64,000 nt of DNA from Bacteroidota bacterium (GTDB lineage Bacteria; Bacteroidota; Bacteroidia; 2-12-FULL-35-15), in contig JADJHE010000004.1 in the NCBI GenBank assembly GCA_016707685.1, forward strand, positions 60,007 through 124,006. Direction: 5' to 3'. Of the stretch, positions 38,956 through 51,745 are shown piece by piece. The notes beneath the pieces are model-generated. The model had not been told where the DNA came from and made no database searches. It worked only from the letters and a program-made list of their open reading frames with translations. Positions within the stretch are counted from its first letter, which is position 1; every line of letters starts with the position of its first letter. Position numbers and translations under genes: made by a program.

Positions 38956-41640
38956 TTATTTTATAGAGCTGTAAATATCGTTGATTTTTTGCTTTTGACT
39001 TTTTGCATTTTCAATCTCTGATTCCAATTCTTGAGTTCCGCCAACATTGGGATTTGCTGCTTTTAAATCTTTCAACTTTTGACTTGCTTTTACTTCTCTA
39101 TCTTCATACATCATGGCTAAGTCTTTTATACTTTTCTTCACATAATAAACTACCCATTTACTAGTTCCTTCATTCGTAGCAATATCATTCAATAGTTTTA
39201 CACCACTATTTACCGTTTCATCTTTTTTAGCATTTTTCAAAAACGTGCCATAAATACTCACAAAACCTATTTTTGAGAAGCCTGAAAACTTATCTACCAC
39301 ATTCACAAAAAATAAATTATTTTCATCCGATCCATAGTTTGCATATAAGTCAGCTATTGCAAAAAGCACATCATTATTTTTTTCGGTTTCATATTGCTTC
39401 GCATAAGTCATTCCTTCTTTGGGATTCGCCTTAGCAATAGCGCTTAGTGAAGAACCTAATACAGCATAGGATTTATCATTTAATCCTTTTTTATAAATAG
39501 TAACTAATTGCTCTTCTTTGTAATTTGTAGCTAAATAATCAATTGCATCTGCGCGAACCAATGATTTAGTATCTGTAGCAGCTAGATTCAGCATTTTTTC
39601 TTTTACAGAAAATTTATCTGAAACATTCATCTTTTTCAAATAGTTAATTGCTTCAGCTCTTAGGTACCAAAACTTATCGTCCAAAGCACTTGCAACTGCT
39701 TTTAATGCTAATGAATCGGCACTTTTAGCCAGCTCTTCAAGAGCTTCGTATCGATCTAAAAACAAGGGTGCGTTTTTGTATTGATAAGCCCATTCTTCAA
39801 TTGGTTTCTTTTCAAATTTTGTACACAATAACATTTTCTCAGCATCAACATTTACTAAATTGGGTTTGCTTGTAGCATCAAATTCAAAAAGTTCATCTGC
39901 TTTTGTCAATACTACCTTTTTTCGTTCAATTTTTCCGTCAATGTATAAATCAATATACATTGGTATTTTAAACAATGGGGTTTTAGAAAAATCTTGAACT
40001 TGCTTTATTTGTACTTTTTGTTTTTTTGCAATCGGATCATAGTTTGTTGTTATAACAATGTCGGGATGTCCGCTCGCTAAAAACCATTGATTAAAAAACC
40101 AGTTTAAATCTTGCCCAGTAACTTGTTCGAATGCCAATCGCAATTGGTGAATTTCAACAGAAGTATATTTATTTGTTTCTAAATAAAGTTTTAGTGATGC
40201 AAAAAAAGCATCATCACCAACATATTTACGCAGCATGTGCAGCACTTGTCCACCTTTATTATAACTATGTCCATCAAACATGTCTTCTTTGTCGTCAAAT
40301 TGAAAACGAATGAGTGGCACTTGTTTTCTAGCAGATTCGGCAAGATAACCCGCTCTCGACTCTGCACTATGCAAGTCGGCAGCATCTTTTCCATATTTGT
40401 ATTCTTCCCACAAGTATTCACCATAAGTAGCAAAGGATTCATTTAGCGGCAAATTACTCCACGATTCACATGTAACTAAATCACCAAACCATTGATGAAA
40501 CAATTCGTGAGCAATCACATCTTCGTTGTCGTTATCCAACATTTCTCTATCCGTACGATTTAAAAATTCGCCATGCAATGTTGCACTCGTATTTTCCATT
40601 GCTCCAGAAACATAATCACGAACTATAATTTGAGAATATTTATTCCAAGCATACTCTACTCCCAGCTTATTGGAATAAAACTCTAACATTTCAGGTGTGT
40701 TACCAAAAATAGCTTTTGCGAAGGGTTCATATTCTTTTTCAATATAATAGTTCACTTCCTTTCCTCTCCATTTAGTATCCTTTACAACCGCAAAATCGCC
40801 AATCGCCATCATAGTTAAATAAGGCGCATGTGGCAAATCCATCTTCCAGTAATCAGTTCTCGTACCATCTCCATTATCAAATGAAGATGCTAGCTCGCCA
40901 TTAGAAAGTGTTACAAATTTATCTTCTACAGTAATGTATATTTCCTGAGTCATTCGCTCATTCGGCTTATCAATAGTTGGATACCACGCTGAACTGGATT
41001 GAGTTTCCCCTTGCGTCCAAATCTGTTGAGGCTTATTTTTATCCTTACCATCAGCATTTATAAAATAAAGCCCTTTATCATCAGAGATTGCAGCGCTCCC
41101 TCCTTTTTTTAATTCATTCGGTTTTGCAGTGTACTCAATAAAAATGGTATACTGCTCTGAACTTTTATATTCTTTATCTAATTGTATTTTTATAACATCA
41201 TTTTCGTATGTATATTTTAATGGAGTTTGAACAGTCGTTTTAATAACTATTTGTTCTACTTTTTTATTTTTTACTGATTGCTGAATAGGTTCAAGTTCTT
41301 CCTTTACTGTCAAAAGAGCAACCTCTTTGATGTCCATACCACGTGCATCCAATTCTAGAACAGCGGTAGGATAAAAATAGGGCTTAGCAGTAATTGTCGC
41401 TTTCCCATACAAATATTGCTTTGCCCAATCAAATTTTACATCCAATTTTGTGTGAAGGATATCGTTTATGCGACTAACAGAGGCTTGGTATTGGACTGGT
41501 TCTGGTGTATTAGCAACAGATTCTATTGTATCTAAATTTATTACAGCCAAATCATCATTGTTTGTAGACTTTTTCAACAAATCACATGATGTGATAAAAA
41601 ATAGTGATGAGGCAATAACTAAAAAATTTCTTTTTATCAT
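38956..41640 (-). CDS. pepN: M1-family zinc aminopeptidase (aminopeptidase N-like) lipoprotein with C-terminal HEAT/ARM-like repeats
   Basis: HELFHQWFG...ESFATY gluzincin motifs and GAMEN. Probable start at the internal ATG 41640 (MIKRNFLVIASSLFFITSCD lipobox), not the track start at 41721. Confidence 0.9.
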   Translation of the reverse strand: MIKRNFLVIASSLFFITSCDLLKKSTNNDDLAVINLDTIESVANTPEPVQYQASVSRINDILHTKLDVKFDWAKQYLYGKATITAKPYFYPTAVLELDARGMDIKEVALLTVKEELEPIQQSVKNKKVEQIVIKTTVQTPLKYTYENDVIKIQLDKEYKSSEQYTIFIEYTAKPNELKKGGSAAISDDKGLYFINADGKDKNKPQQIWTQGETQSSSAWYPTIDKPNERMTQEIYITVEDKFVTLSNGELASSFDNGDGTRTDYWKMDLPHAPYLTMMAIGDFAVVKDTKWRGKEVNYYIEKEYEPFAKAIFGNTPEMLEFYSNKLGVEYAWNKYSQIIVRDYVSGAMENTSATLHGEFLNRTDREMLDNDNEDVIAHELFHQWFGDLVTCESWSNLPLNESFATYGEYLWEEYKYGKDAADLHSAESRAGYLAESARKQVPLIRFQFDDKEDMFDGHSYNKGGQVLHMLRKYVGDDAFFASLKLYLETNKYTSVEIHQLRLAFEQVTGQDLNWFFNQWFLASGHPDIVITTNYDPIAKKQKVQIKQVQDFSKTPLFKIPMYIDLYIDGKIERKKVVLTKADELFEFDATSKPNLVNVDAEKMLLCTKFEKKPIEEWAYQYKNAPLFLDRYEALEELAKSADSLALKAVASALDDKFWYLRAEAINYLKKMNVSDKFSVKEKMLNLAATDTKSLVRADAIDYLATNYKEEQLVTIYKKGLNDKSYAVLGSSLSAIAKANPKEGMTYAKQYETEKNNDVLFAIADLYANYGSDENNLFFVNVVDKFSGFSKIGFVSIYGTFLKNAKKDETVNSGVKLLNDIATNEGTSKWVVYYVKKSIKDLAMMYEDREVKASQKLKDLKAANPNVGGTQELESEIENAKSQKQKINDIYSSIK

Positions 41641-41774
41641 TTTTAAAAAATATTTATTACCAAAGATTGCAAAAATATTAACCATTTGCAAGCCCCAAAA
41701 CATACTATGCATGCATAACACAGGCTAAAAAGTGCATTTTTATTAATAGTATGGCTATTAAACTATAAATAATT

Positions 41775-41792
41775 TTTATTGAATTTATTGAA
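41775..41792 (+). repeat. perfect tandem direct repeat TTTATTGAA x2, with a third partial copy at 41803-41810, ~80 nt upstream of the SprB-like gene
   Basis: Read directly from the sequence: tttattgaatttattgaa ... tttattgg. Confidence 0.5.
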
Positions 41793-41869
41793 ACCCTTTA
41801 TTTTTATTGGCGTTAAACTAGCCAAGTTCTTAATTTATTGTTTCACACTTTTAGAAACGGAGGTATATC

Positions 41870-44800
41870 ATGAAAACAACATCTACTCGCAGAGTTTTCG
41901 TATTGATAAGTTTCTTAATATTATTTATTCAATCACAAAATGAAGCATACGCTTCACATGCACAAAGTGCGGATATAACCTACCAATGTTTAGGAGGTAA
42001 CCAATATCAAATTTCACTTTCCTTTTACAGAGATTGCGCAGGAGTTGCTGCTCCAAACACAGCACAAGTCGACATCTCATCAGCATCATGCGGTCAAAAT
42101 TTATCGCTTACACTTAATAGAATACAAGGTACAGGAATTGAAGTATCACCCATCTGTACCCAAATGAATACACAATGTTCAGGCGGACAATATCCCGGAG
42201 TTCAAGAATACATCTATAGAGGCATTATTACATTACCTGCTCAATGTACCGACTGGGTAATTAGTTTCAGCTTATGTTGCCGAAATTCATCAATAGGAAC
42301 TATTACGAATCCAGGATCAGAGAACATATATGTTGAGGCACGACTAAACAACTTGAACTTTACCTGTAACAATTCTCCAACATTTTCAAATCCTCCCATT
42401 CCTTTTGTTTGTGTAGGTCAACCCTATTGTTTCAACAATGGATCATTTGATGCTGACGGAGATTCTTTATTTTACACACTTGTAGCACCTTTTACAAGCG
42501 CAACTACAAATGTTAATTACATAGCTCCTTATTCTGAATCACAACCATTAACATCATCACCTGCGGTAAGTTTTAACACTGCAACTGGTGATATGTGCAT
42601 GACTCCAACCCAATTACAAGTTACTGTTTTTGCAATTGTAGTTGAAGAATGGAGAAATGGAATTCTTGTAGGTAGTGTCATGCGTGACATTCAATTGAGA
42701 ACAATTACATGTACCAATAACAATCCATATGTGAATGGAATTAATAATACAAATCAATATACTTTAACAGCTTGTGCAGGACAGCCAATAAATTTTACCA
42801 TTAGTACATTTGATATTGATGCAACTCAAAATGTAACAATCAATTGGAACAATGGTGTAAATGGTGCTAATTTCACTTCAACTGGTTAGGTGCTAGACCA
42901 ACTGCAACTTTCAGCTGGACACCTACAAGTGCACAAATTAGCAATGCACCACATTGCTTTACAATTACGGTACAAGATGATAATTGTCCTTACAATGGAA
43001 GTCAAACTTTTTCCTTCTGCATCACTGTAACAGGTATCACATTAAGTACGACATCAAGCAATGCAAACTGTGGTGCTTCAAATGGTACTGCAAATGTTCA
43101 AATTACTTCTGGAAGCGGACCATTTACTTATCAATGGTTACCAAATGGAGGAACGAACGCATCGGCTACTGGATTGCAAGCTGGAACGTACACTGTAAAC
43201 GTAAGTTCAGCGGGATGCGCAAGCTCAGCAACCGCTTCAGTTGGCAATGGAGCAGCTCCTGGAAACATCACAATCACAAGTACAAATGTTTCTTGTAATG
43301 GTGGTACAAATGGAAGTATCACAGCAAACGTAAATGGAGGACAACAACCATATTCATATCAATGGTCGAATGGCAGTACTACTGCTACAATTAACAATTT
43401 GATAGCTGGAACCTATTCCTTTACAGTTACCACAGCAAATGGTTGTATAAGTACTGCTACTACTACCATTACTCAACCAGCCGCTGTCTTAAGTTACAGT
43501 TCATCTCAATCAAACGCAATTTGTTATAACAGCAACACTGGAAGTGCTACAGTTAATCCAACAGGCGGAACACCACCATACAGCTATGTTTGGAACACAC
43601 TACCAACACAGACTACTGCAACCGCTAATGGGTTAAATGCAGGCAGTACATCAGTTATAATAAGCGACAACAATGGATGTTCTGTCTCAGCTAATTTTAT
43701 AATCACAGAACCCGTTCAATTAACCAGCAATGCAATGATTGTAAGTGGAATAACTTGTAATGGAGCATCAAATGGAAATATAATTGTTGGAGGATCTGGT
43801 GGAACGGGGATGTATAATTATGAATGGAACACAACGCCTGTACAATACGCACAAAATATCACAGGTTTAGCACCAGGAAATTATATAGCAACCATAACAG
43901 ATGCAAATGGATGTTCGTCTACTTCAACGGTTACATTAACTGAACCAACACCATTAACTCTTTCAACTGCTGGTTTTGCAACCTCTTGTAATGGCTTAGC
44001 AGATGGACAAGCAGTTGTAATACCTGCAGGAGGAACACCAACTTATTCTTATCAATGGCTACCAAATGGAGGAACTGGTGCGAGCGCAAGCGGCTTAACC
44101 GCAGGCACCTATGCAATAACGGTAACCGATGATAATGGATGCAATGTGTCATCAAATGTTACAATTACACAGCCAGCACCTCTTACAATAATCGCCTCTG
44201 GAAGTACGAGTATTTGTGTAGGACAAAACACCCAGTTAAGTGCAACTGCAAATGGAGGAAATGGCAATTACACATTCAACTGGACTGGTGTAGGAACAGG
44301 TGCAACACAAACGGTGAGTCCAACTATAAGTACCATTTATGATGTAACTGCAACAGATGCAAATGGATGTATCAGTAATACAGAGACCCTTGCTATAAAT
44401 GTAACATCGTTAACCGCTGCAAATTTATTGGTTACACCTGCTACTGCAATATGTAACGGCAATAGCGCTACATTAACTTCAAACGTTAGCGGTAACACAG
44501 GACCCGTAACAATAAATTGGAGTAATAATTTAGGAAGTGGTAATGGACCATTTACAGTTAGTCCAAACACAACCACAACCTACATTGTAACAGTAACAGA
44601 TGCATGTAATAATAGTATCAATGCCCAGATACCAATTACAGTAAATCCATTACCTGTCATAAATGTTTCACCTGTAGCTGGAGTTGGATGCGGAGAAGTT
44701 GCTGTGAATTTTCAAGATAATTCAACAACAAATACTGGTGCACAATACAGCTGGGTGTTTGGTGATGGCACTACTTCAAACGTTGTAAATCCAACACATA

Positions 44801-45432
44801 CATACACACAAAGTGGAACCTACACAATCAATGTAATGGTAACATCAAGTGCAGGATGTTCTAACAGTCAGAACACAAGTGCAAGCATAACTGTTCACAA
44901 TCTCTCAAAAGCCTTATTTACTGCAGAGGCAATTGATGGTACGACTGTAAGTCCAGTATACAAATTTTTAAATACTTCTATCAATGCGGCTACATTCACA
45001 TGGAGTTTTGGTGATGGAGCCAATTCAACTATTTATAGCCCGCAACATAGCTACACAGATAAAGGAGAATATCTTGTTACACTTCATGTGTCTAGTTCAG
45101 AAGGATGCAGAGATTCATTGACAATTCCTGTTGAAATAAAACCAATCTTTACGATATACATTCCAAATGCTTTTACACCAGATGGAAGTGGTATCAATGA
45201 TTTTTTCTCAGCAAAAGGGCAAGAGATTTCTGAATTCAGAATGATGATTTTCAATCGTTGGGGAGATTTAATCTTTGAAACCAACGATTTAGCAAAAGGT
45301 TGGGATGGTAGAGCAAATGGAGGAACAGAAATTGCTCAAGATGGCGTATATGTTTATAAGATTGAAGTACGCGACTTCCAGAGCAAATACCATGATTACA
45401 TGGGACATGTAACATTATTGGCAAATAGGTAA
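41870..45432 (+). CDS. SprB-repeat cell-surface adhesin with T9SS type-B C-terminal domain (~1190 aa), one frameshift at 42870-42886
   Basis: Signal peptide. At least 8 SprB-type repeats (C.G..NGS..V...GG..PYSYQW.NG.T...I.NL.AGTY..TVT.ANGC). The C-terminus IYIPNAFTPDGSGINDFF...FNRWGDLIFE is the gliding-motility CTD. The frame after 42886 reads back continuously through FNWLGARPTATFSWTP..., so 41870..42889 and 43174..45432 are one gene. Confidence 0.75.
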
Positions 45433-45444
45433 ATAATAAATTAA

Positions 45445-45476
45445 AAAATCTCGGCTCAATTGACCGAGATTTTTTA
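45445..45476 (+). terminator. rho-independent terminator after the adhesin (atctcggctca/tgaccgagat with one bulge, T5 run)
   Basis: Imperfect hairpin followed by ttttt. Confidence 0.6.
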
Positions 45477-45499
45477 ATTTTGATAGTATCGAACAATTT

Positions 45500-47711
45500 A
45501 TGATGAAAAAACTACTAACCTTACTTCTTTGCATTATCATTAATTTATCATCGTTTTATTCCCAAAACAATAAAATAGATAGCCTCGAAAATCTTTTATC
45601 CAAAGCGAAGTACGATACCACAAAAGCCAGCTTATTAGCTCAAATCGGATTCGAATATAAAGTGTCCGATCCACTCAAAGCGAAAAAGTATGGAGAAAAA
45701 GCACTTAAAATTTCATAAAAAACAAAATACAAACCTACTACGGCAGCTTCATATAATGTAATAGGTATTTATTATTATATGAATCACGAAATGCCAATTG
45801 CTCGAACTTACTTTTTTAAATCATTAAAAATTTATAAAAATCTAAATAATATCAAAGGAATAGCAAGTTGCTTAGGGAATATCTCAAGTACTTACTCAGA
45901 ACAAGCAATGTTTGATTCTGCAATATATGCTCAAAAAGAAGCACTTGAGTATAGTCTAAAATTAAAGGATGAAAAAGGAATTGCTAATTCTTATCAAAAT
46001 TTAGGTAATACCTATAATCTAAAAGGTGATTATCAAATTGATCCATGATTATCTTTTCAAAGCATTAAAAATATTTGAAAAGATACAACAAGACTATGGA
46101 ATTGGAATGTGTTTATACAATATTTCCAGAGCATTTTACATGCAAGAAAAATATTCAGAAGCTGTTCTATATGCTCAAAAATGCAGAGAAAAAAGATTGA
46201 AAATTGGCGACAAAAGTGGCGTTGCATTAGCATATGTAATGGAGGCTAGCTCACTTGAACAACTAAAGGAATACGACAAAGCCATTGAAACAGCAAAAAG
46301 TGCAATAAAAATTCAAGAAGAAATTAATGATGTATATGGTTTACAATTCTCGTATACAATTATCGCGAATGTTTCTTACGATCATTTTAAACAATACGAT
46401 GTTTCACTTGAATACTATTTTAAATCGAGGAAAATCGCAGAAGAATCACAAAACGTGATGGCATTAGCCAACATTGACTATAGCATAGGATCTATATATA
46501 GCTCAAAGGGCGATTATAAAAAAGCACTTGAATATCATTTAAACTCTCTTGAAATATCAAAAAAATACGGATTAAAACAAGAATACAAGGACGGATTATT
46601 AGCTATTTCGCAAACATATTCTGGCATGCGACAATTTGAAAAGGCATATAATTACCAAAAACAGTATAGTGAAATGAAAGACTCAATGATTAACGAATCT
46701 TCATCTAAGCAATTAAATGAACTACAAACACAATATGATACAGAAAAAAAGCAAAAAGAAATTGAATTACTTACCAAAGACCAGGAAGTAAAAAACGAAC
46801 GTATTGCACGTCAGAATATTATTACCTACACAATAGTTGCAGGATTAGTACTAGTGCTCGTTCTTGCATTTATCTCTTTTAAACGATATAGAGAAAAGAA
46901 AAAAGCAAATATTGAAATTACACAGCAAAAAGAAATCATTGAGATTAAAAACAAAGAGATACTTGATTCCATACACTATGCTAAAAGAATTCAACGCGCC
47001 TTATTAGCATCCGATCAACTCTTAAACAATAACTTACCCGAACATTTTGTTTTATATAAACCCAAAGACATTGTAAGTGGCGATTTTTACTGGGCACAAC
47101 AAACTACGAATAACAATTTTTTATTGGCAACATGTGATTGCACAGGACATGGAGTACCAGGTGCATTTATGAGTTTATTAAACATTTCGAAACTAAATGA
47201 AACGGTTATTGAACGAAAAACAACTCAACCTGATTTAGTTTTTAACCATGTACGTGAAGAAATTATAAAAGCATTGAACCCTGATGGAACATCAACAGAT
47301 GCAAAAGATGGCATGGATGCTGTTTTATGTTTATTTGATTTCAATAACATGAAGATGAATGTTGCTGCTGCGAATAATCCAGTAGTTATTATTCGTAACA
47401 ATGAATTAATTGAAATTAAACCGGATAAATTCCCCGTAGGACTCCACCAAGGAGAGCTTAAATCATTTACACTCAAATCCATTGATCTTCAAAAAGGAGA
47501 TGTTATTTACACCTTCACAGACGGCTTTTCCGATCAATTTGGTGGAGATAATGCTAAAAAATTAATGAGTAAAAATTTTAAACAAATTTTACTTAAAGAA
47601 CATACTAAACCTATGGCTATTCAAAAAGAAAATTTAAATATGATTTTTGAAAACTGGAGAGGCCAACTTGAACAACTCGATGATGTTTTGGTTATTGGTG
47701 TACGAGTGTAG
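45500..47711 (+). CDS. TPR-repeat / single-TM / PP2C (SpoIIE-RsbU-like) serine phosphatase (~735 aa), two frameshifts (A6 at 45717-45722 and about 46030-46048)
   Basis: Signal peptide, multiple TPR-like repeats, the TM helice IITYTIVAGLVLVLVLAFI and a PP2C domain (SGDFYW, CDCTGHGVPGAFMS, DGMDAVLCLF, FTDGFSDQ). The three ORFs in the track abut or overlap in adjacent frames. Confidence 0.7.
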
Positions 47712-48406
47712 CTATATCTTTTTCGCCAACTTACTTTTAGGAAAAAGTGATTTAAAAATTTCTCGATAATAAATCATCAAATCAATCGTTATAATTGGTG
47801 AATTCAGCTGTTGATTTAATTTTTTGGTATTCGCAAACATGAATCGATAGCCAAAATCTGCACCTACACCAACCCATTTAAAAACCCTATATTCAACAGA
47901 AATTGCTGGCTCATAAATAAAATTCAAATTCCGATTGGTAATTATTTTTTCGCCATACAATGTATATTGATAGTAGGATTCACCAAGACCAATTTGCAAA
48001 GGCATTCCTAATTCCCAATGCTTACTCTTATGAAATATATATTCAATAGCTGCCGATACATAATAAAACTTTAATCCCTTTCCAATAATATATGGTTTCC
48101 TAATTCATTAATGTATTCTACATTCTGATTTAATTTTTTAGGAGGATTGTACAATTGATTATAACCAATTCCAAAACGCAATTTATTCCCATATTTAATT
48201 CCTGCAATTACGCCAAATACATTTACAATACTATTATCTACAAAAGAATTTCTTGAATTTAAAGTTGCAAAAGGATGTGGTTTTAGCTTAAGCTCTTGTT
48301 TGATAGAATCTAAAGCTGGTTGAGAATTAGCTGCTGCAACAAAAAACAAAACAAAAATAAGATAGAGTGTAAGTTTTAAAAAGAAACGATTAAAATAAAA
48401 CCACAT
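47712..48406 (-). CDS. hypothetical exported protein (small beta-barrel-like, ~230 aa), frameshift near 48060-48075
   Basis: ORF 48071..48406 has a signal peptide. The alternative frame continues ...GNHIIGKGLKFYYVSAAIEYIFHKSKHWELG into ORF 47712..48005. Confidence 0.4.
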
Positions 48407-48990
48407 TACTTGTTCATTAACTTACTAATATATTTACCTAATATATCAAACTCAAGATTTACGACTGTTCCTGATTTAATATTTTTAAAATTTGTATGTT
48501 CATAGGTATAAGGAATGATGCATGCCGAAAAACGATTTTTTAATGAATTCACAACCGTTAAACTAACACCATTAATACAAATCGAACCTTTTTCAACATT
48601 AATATTATTCTTTGAAGCATCGTACTCGAAAGTATACATCCAACTACCATTTGCTTCTTTTACATCAACGCATACTGCTGTTTGGTCAACGTGTCCTTGA
48701 ACGATGTGTCCATCCAATCGGTCACCCACCCTTAAACAACGTTCTAAATTAACTTTATCACCAACATTTAATTTTCCTAAATTGGTTTTCATCAAGGTTT
48801 CATCAATAGCTGTTACCGTATAATTTTCATTCTTAATATTGACCACGGTTAAACAAACTCCATTATGAGCAATACTTTGATCAATTTTTAACTCGTTCGT
48901 AAAATCGGATTTAACAGTGATGTGAAGATTGGATTGTTCTTTTTCTAAATCAACAACTTCGCCTAACGTTTCAATAATTCCAGAAAACAT
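48406..48990 (-). CDS. ribE: riboflavin synthase alpha subunit
   Basis: N-terminus MFSGIIE and duplicated lumazine-binding repeats (NGVCLTV / NGVSLTV). 194 aa. Confidence 0.92.
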   Translation of the reverse strand: MFSGIIETLGEVVDLEKEQSNLHITVKSDFTNELKIDQSIAHNGVCLTVVNIKNENYTVTAIDETLMKTNLGKLNVGDKVNLERCLRVGDRLDGHIVQGHVDQTAVCVDVKEANGSWMYTFEYDASKNNINVEKGSICINGVSLTVVNSLKNRFSACIIPYTYEHTNFKNIKSGTVVNLEFDILGKYISKLMNK

Positions 48991-48994
48991 AAAC

Positions 48995-51694
48995 TTAATT
49001 ATTTGGATTAGGGTTTTGTTTAATTAGCTGAATAAATCCTTTTAATGTGCGAGGAACAATTCCTTCTAATCGAATTTCATTAACAGTACACACATAATAA
49101 TAAACGCCATCACTGCATGGAAGTTTAGTATCCTTGCTTGTGCCATTCCAGAAAATGCCAGGATCTGTAGTTTCAAACATTAATAATCCCCAACGATCAT
49201 AAATTTTAATATCTATATCCTTTACAAATTTATAAGGCAATGGAATAAATAAATCATTGATATTATCTCCATTAGGAGTAAACACGTTTGGCAATTCATA
49301 TATAGGACAATTGTCGACACAAATTTTTGTAACTATTACACTTTCATTTGCAAACGAATCAACAGCTGTCACAACATAGCAATCCTGCAACAGAAGGAAC
49401 CTTCAAAACTGTAATTATGAAAGTAAGTAGTGATACTCATATCGGTTGATGTATAAATCAATTGAGGTATTCCATCAGATGTTGGAGAAAAATAAACATT
49501 GTATTGAACAGCATCGGTACTGCAATACGTATTCGGATTTACCCATGAAATTGTATTCACAACATTCTCACAGTCACTATTTACAGCAAATGTTGGTTGA
49601 CAAGGAGGAACAATATCAATTGGCACTTCGCATTTAATTTGTGATGCATTGTACAATGGGCGAGGTAAAGCTGGATCGGAATACTCTCCTTTTGTAACAA
49701 TTTTGTAGCAATAATTCAATCCATTTACTAAGCCCGTGTCTGTATATGTTCGATTTACAGTGCTATCTATTAATACAAATGTATTTGAGCCGCTTGGAAT
49801 TTCCTTATAGATAAAGAATTGGTAATTTGTCCAAGGAACAATTTCTTGCCAAGCCAGATTTACCTGATTCCCCGCTGGTGTAGAAGATAAAAACACGGAT
49901 GAAGCAGTATGCGTAGACCCTTTTAATAAACCATTCGAATAAAAATCGACACGGTAGGTCCATGCGCTCGATTCGGTATTAATATTCGTATGTACAAAAC
50001 CTGTATCTGTTAATTGGGCATAAGAAGGATAAGAATAACTAGCAATTTGTGAAAATGCAGTTTGGGCAGGATTAAATCCTGGTGCCACCAACAAACGATA
50101 TTCGTATGGAGGAGGATTTACAATGGTATCCAAATTAGTTGCATTTCCAATTGGCTTTACCCAATGTGTCCAAATACTTCCGCTAGAAGAGTTGGTTGTT
50201 ACAACACTCACATTTGTAATAATAGGAACATCTTGAACAAGCTGTACACAAACATTTGCAGAAGCATAACTTTGAGATGCATCATTATAATAAGCTACAA
50301 CCATATACGAATAATTCACTCCATGAATTAATCCTTGTCCGTTATTGTTATCAGTAAAAGTTAACGTAGTTGCAGTAGTAGTTCCTATAAGTGTATATCC
50401 TGTATAAGAAGGAACACCAGTCTCACACTCAGAATGTGTCCATGGGTCACAGGTATTTTTTCGATAAACATAAAAACCTTTTAATGGATTACTTCCTGTT
50501 ATTGCGTTGCAAAACGGTGAATTCCAATTTAAAATTATACTAGCACCATTTGGAGTAGCTGTTAAGCCAGTTGGCGCAGGAGCAATTACTCGAATAAATA
50601 CCGATTCAAAATTTACCAGAGGAGTAGTAGGATGATTATCGTCAGCCTTAAATGTAACTTGATAAGGCAACAATTTTACTTGCGTACAATTAGGTGTCCA
50701 GCTGAATGTTCCAGTTAATGGACTCACCCCAGAAACCGTTGGAAAACTTGCAGCAGGTGCCGATTGAAATGGCCCACCTGTTGCTGTTAATGTAATGACA
50801 TTATTTTGGGGATCAGAAGCAGTAACACCAAAAGTAAGATTAGTCCCTGCAACTACACAGGTATCATTGATTGCATTTATTTGAGGAGCATTGTTGGAGC
50901 AAGAAGCTACATCGATTTGCATATCACGCAAAATAGAACCAATGTAATAACGTACACCCTGAAATAAACGGTATTCTTTTATCAAAATAGCAACATTGTA
51001 CTGGCAAATTTGAGGTGGCGTACACCATACCAAATCCCCCGTACGAGCATCAATACTTCCTAAACCCATATTTGGAGGCAGCGTATAACCAAAAATTGGA
51101 GCACCGCCTACATAACATGTCGTTAGTTCGTACGACAAACTATCGCCTTCCGCATCATAAGCACCAGGATTATGCTCAAAACATTCACCAACGCAAGCCA
51201 TATCCAGTGGCGGATTTAAAAGTATAGGAGAACTATTAGTCCCTAAGAATGGATTTATTTTTAATTCCGTTCTTAAAAAAAAGGATGCATTAACAGAATT
51301 TGGAATATTACAAATACCTTGATTTCTGTTTGGATCCTCAACAGTAATTATATATGAACCGGATCCACCATACGTATGCGTGGTTTCATAAATATTAACT
51401 TTAGTATTTGCTGGAGAAGACAACATTACCCCATCCTGGTATTCGGACAAAGAGAGGATGGTCCATTAATTCGAGGAGCGATTGCACTGTCGCCATCACC
51501 AAAAGAACAGTTAGTTCGCAACGGTCGGCTGTTGTATTAAAAGTATTTGTATAGGTAGTTATAGTAATTTTATATGTATTCCCAGTAAGATGCTTGTAAG
51601 TTATCTCACCTGCTCTATTGTGTGTGGCAAATGCTCCAACAATAGAAATAAGAAATAAGAATAATGTAAAAATTATTTTTTTCATTGCACCCAC
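48995..51694 (-). CDS. second large adhesin with T9SS type-B C-terminal domain (~900 aa), at least 3 frameshifts (49369-49390, two near 51440-51500)
   Basis: N-terminal segment (51401..51694) has a signal peptide and ATHNRAGEITYKHLTGNTYKITITTY, homologous to the N-domain of the 41870 gene. The C-terminal segment (48995..49390) carries LPNVFTPNGDNINDLF...IYDRWGLLMFE, the type-B CTD. Restoring T5 for T4 near 51500 gives ELTVLFGDGDSA. Confidence 0.7.
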
Positions 51695-51745
51695 TATTTT
51701 TTGTCAACAATAATTGAACTCTAAGTTAGTGATTTTATTTCAAAA

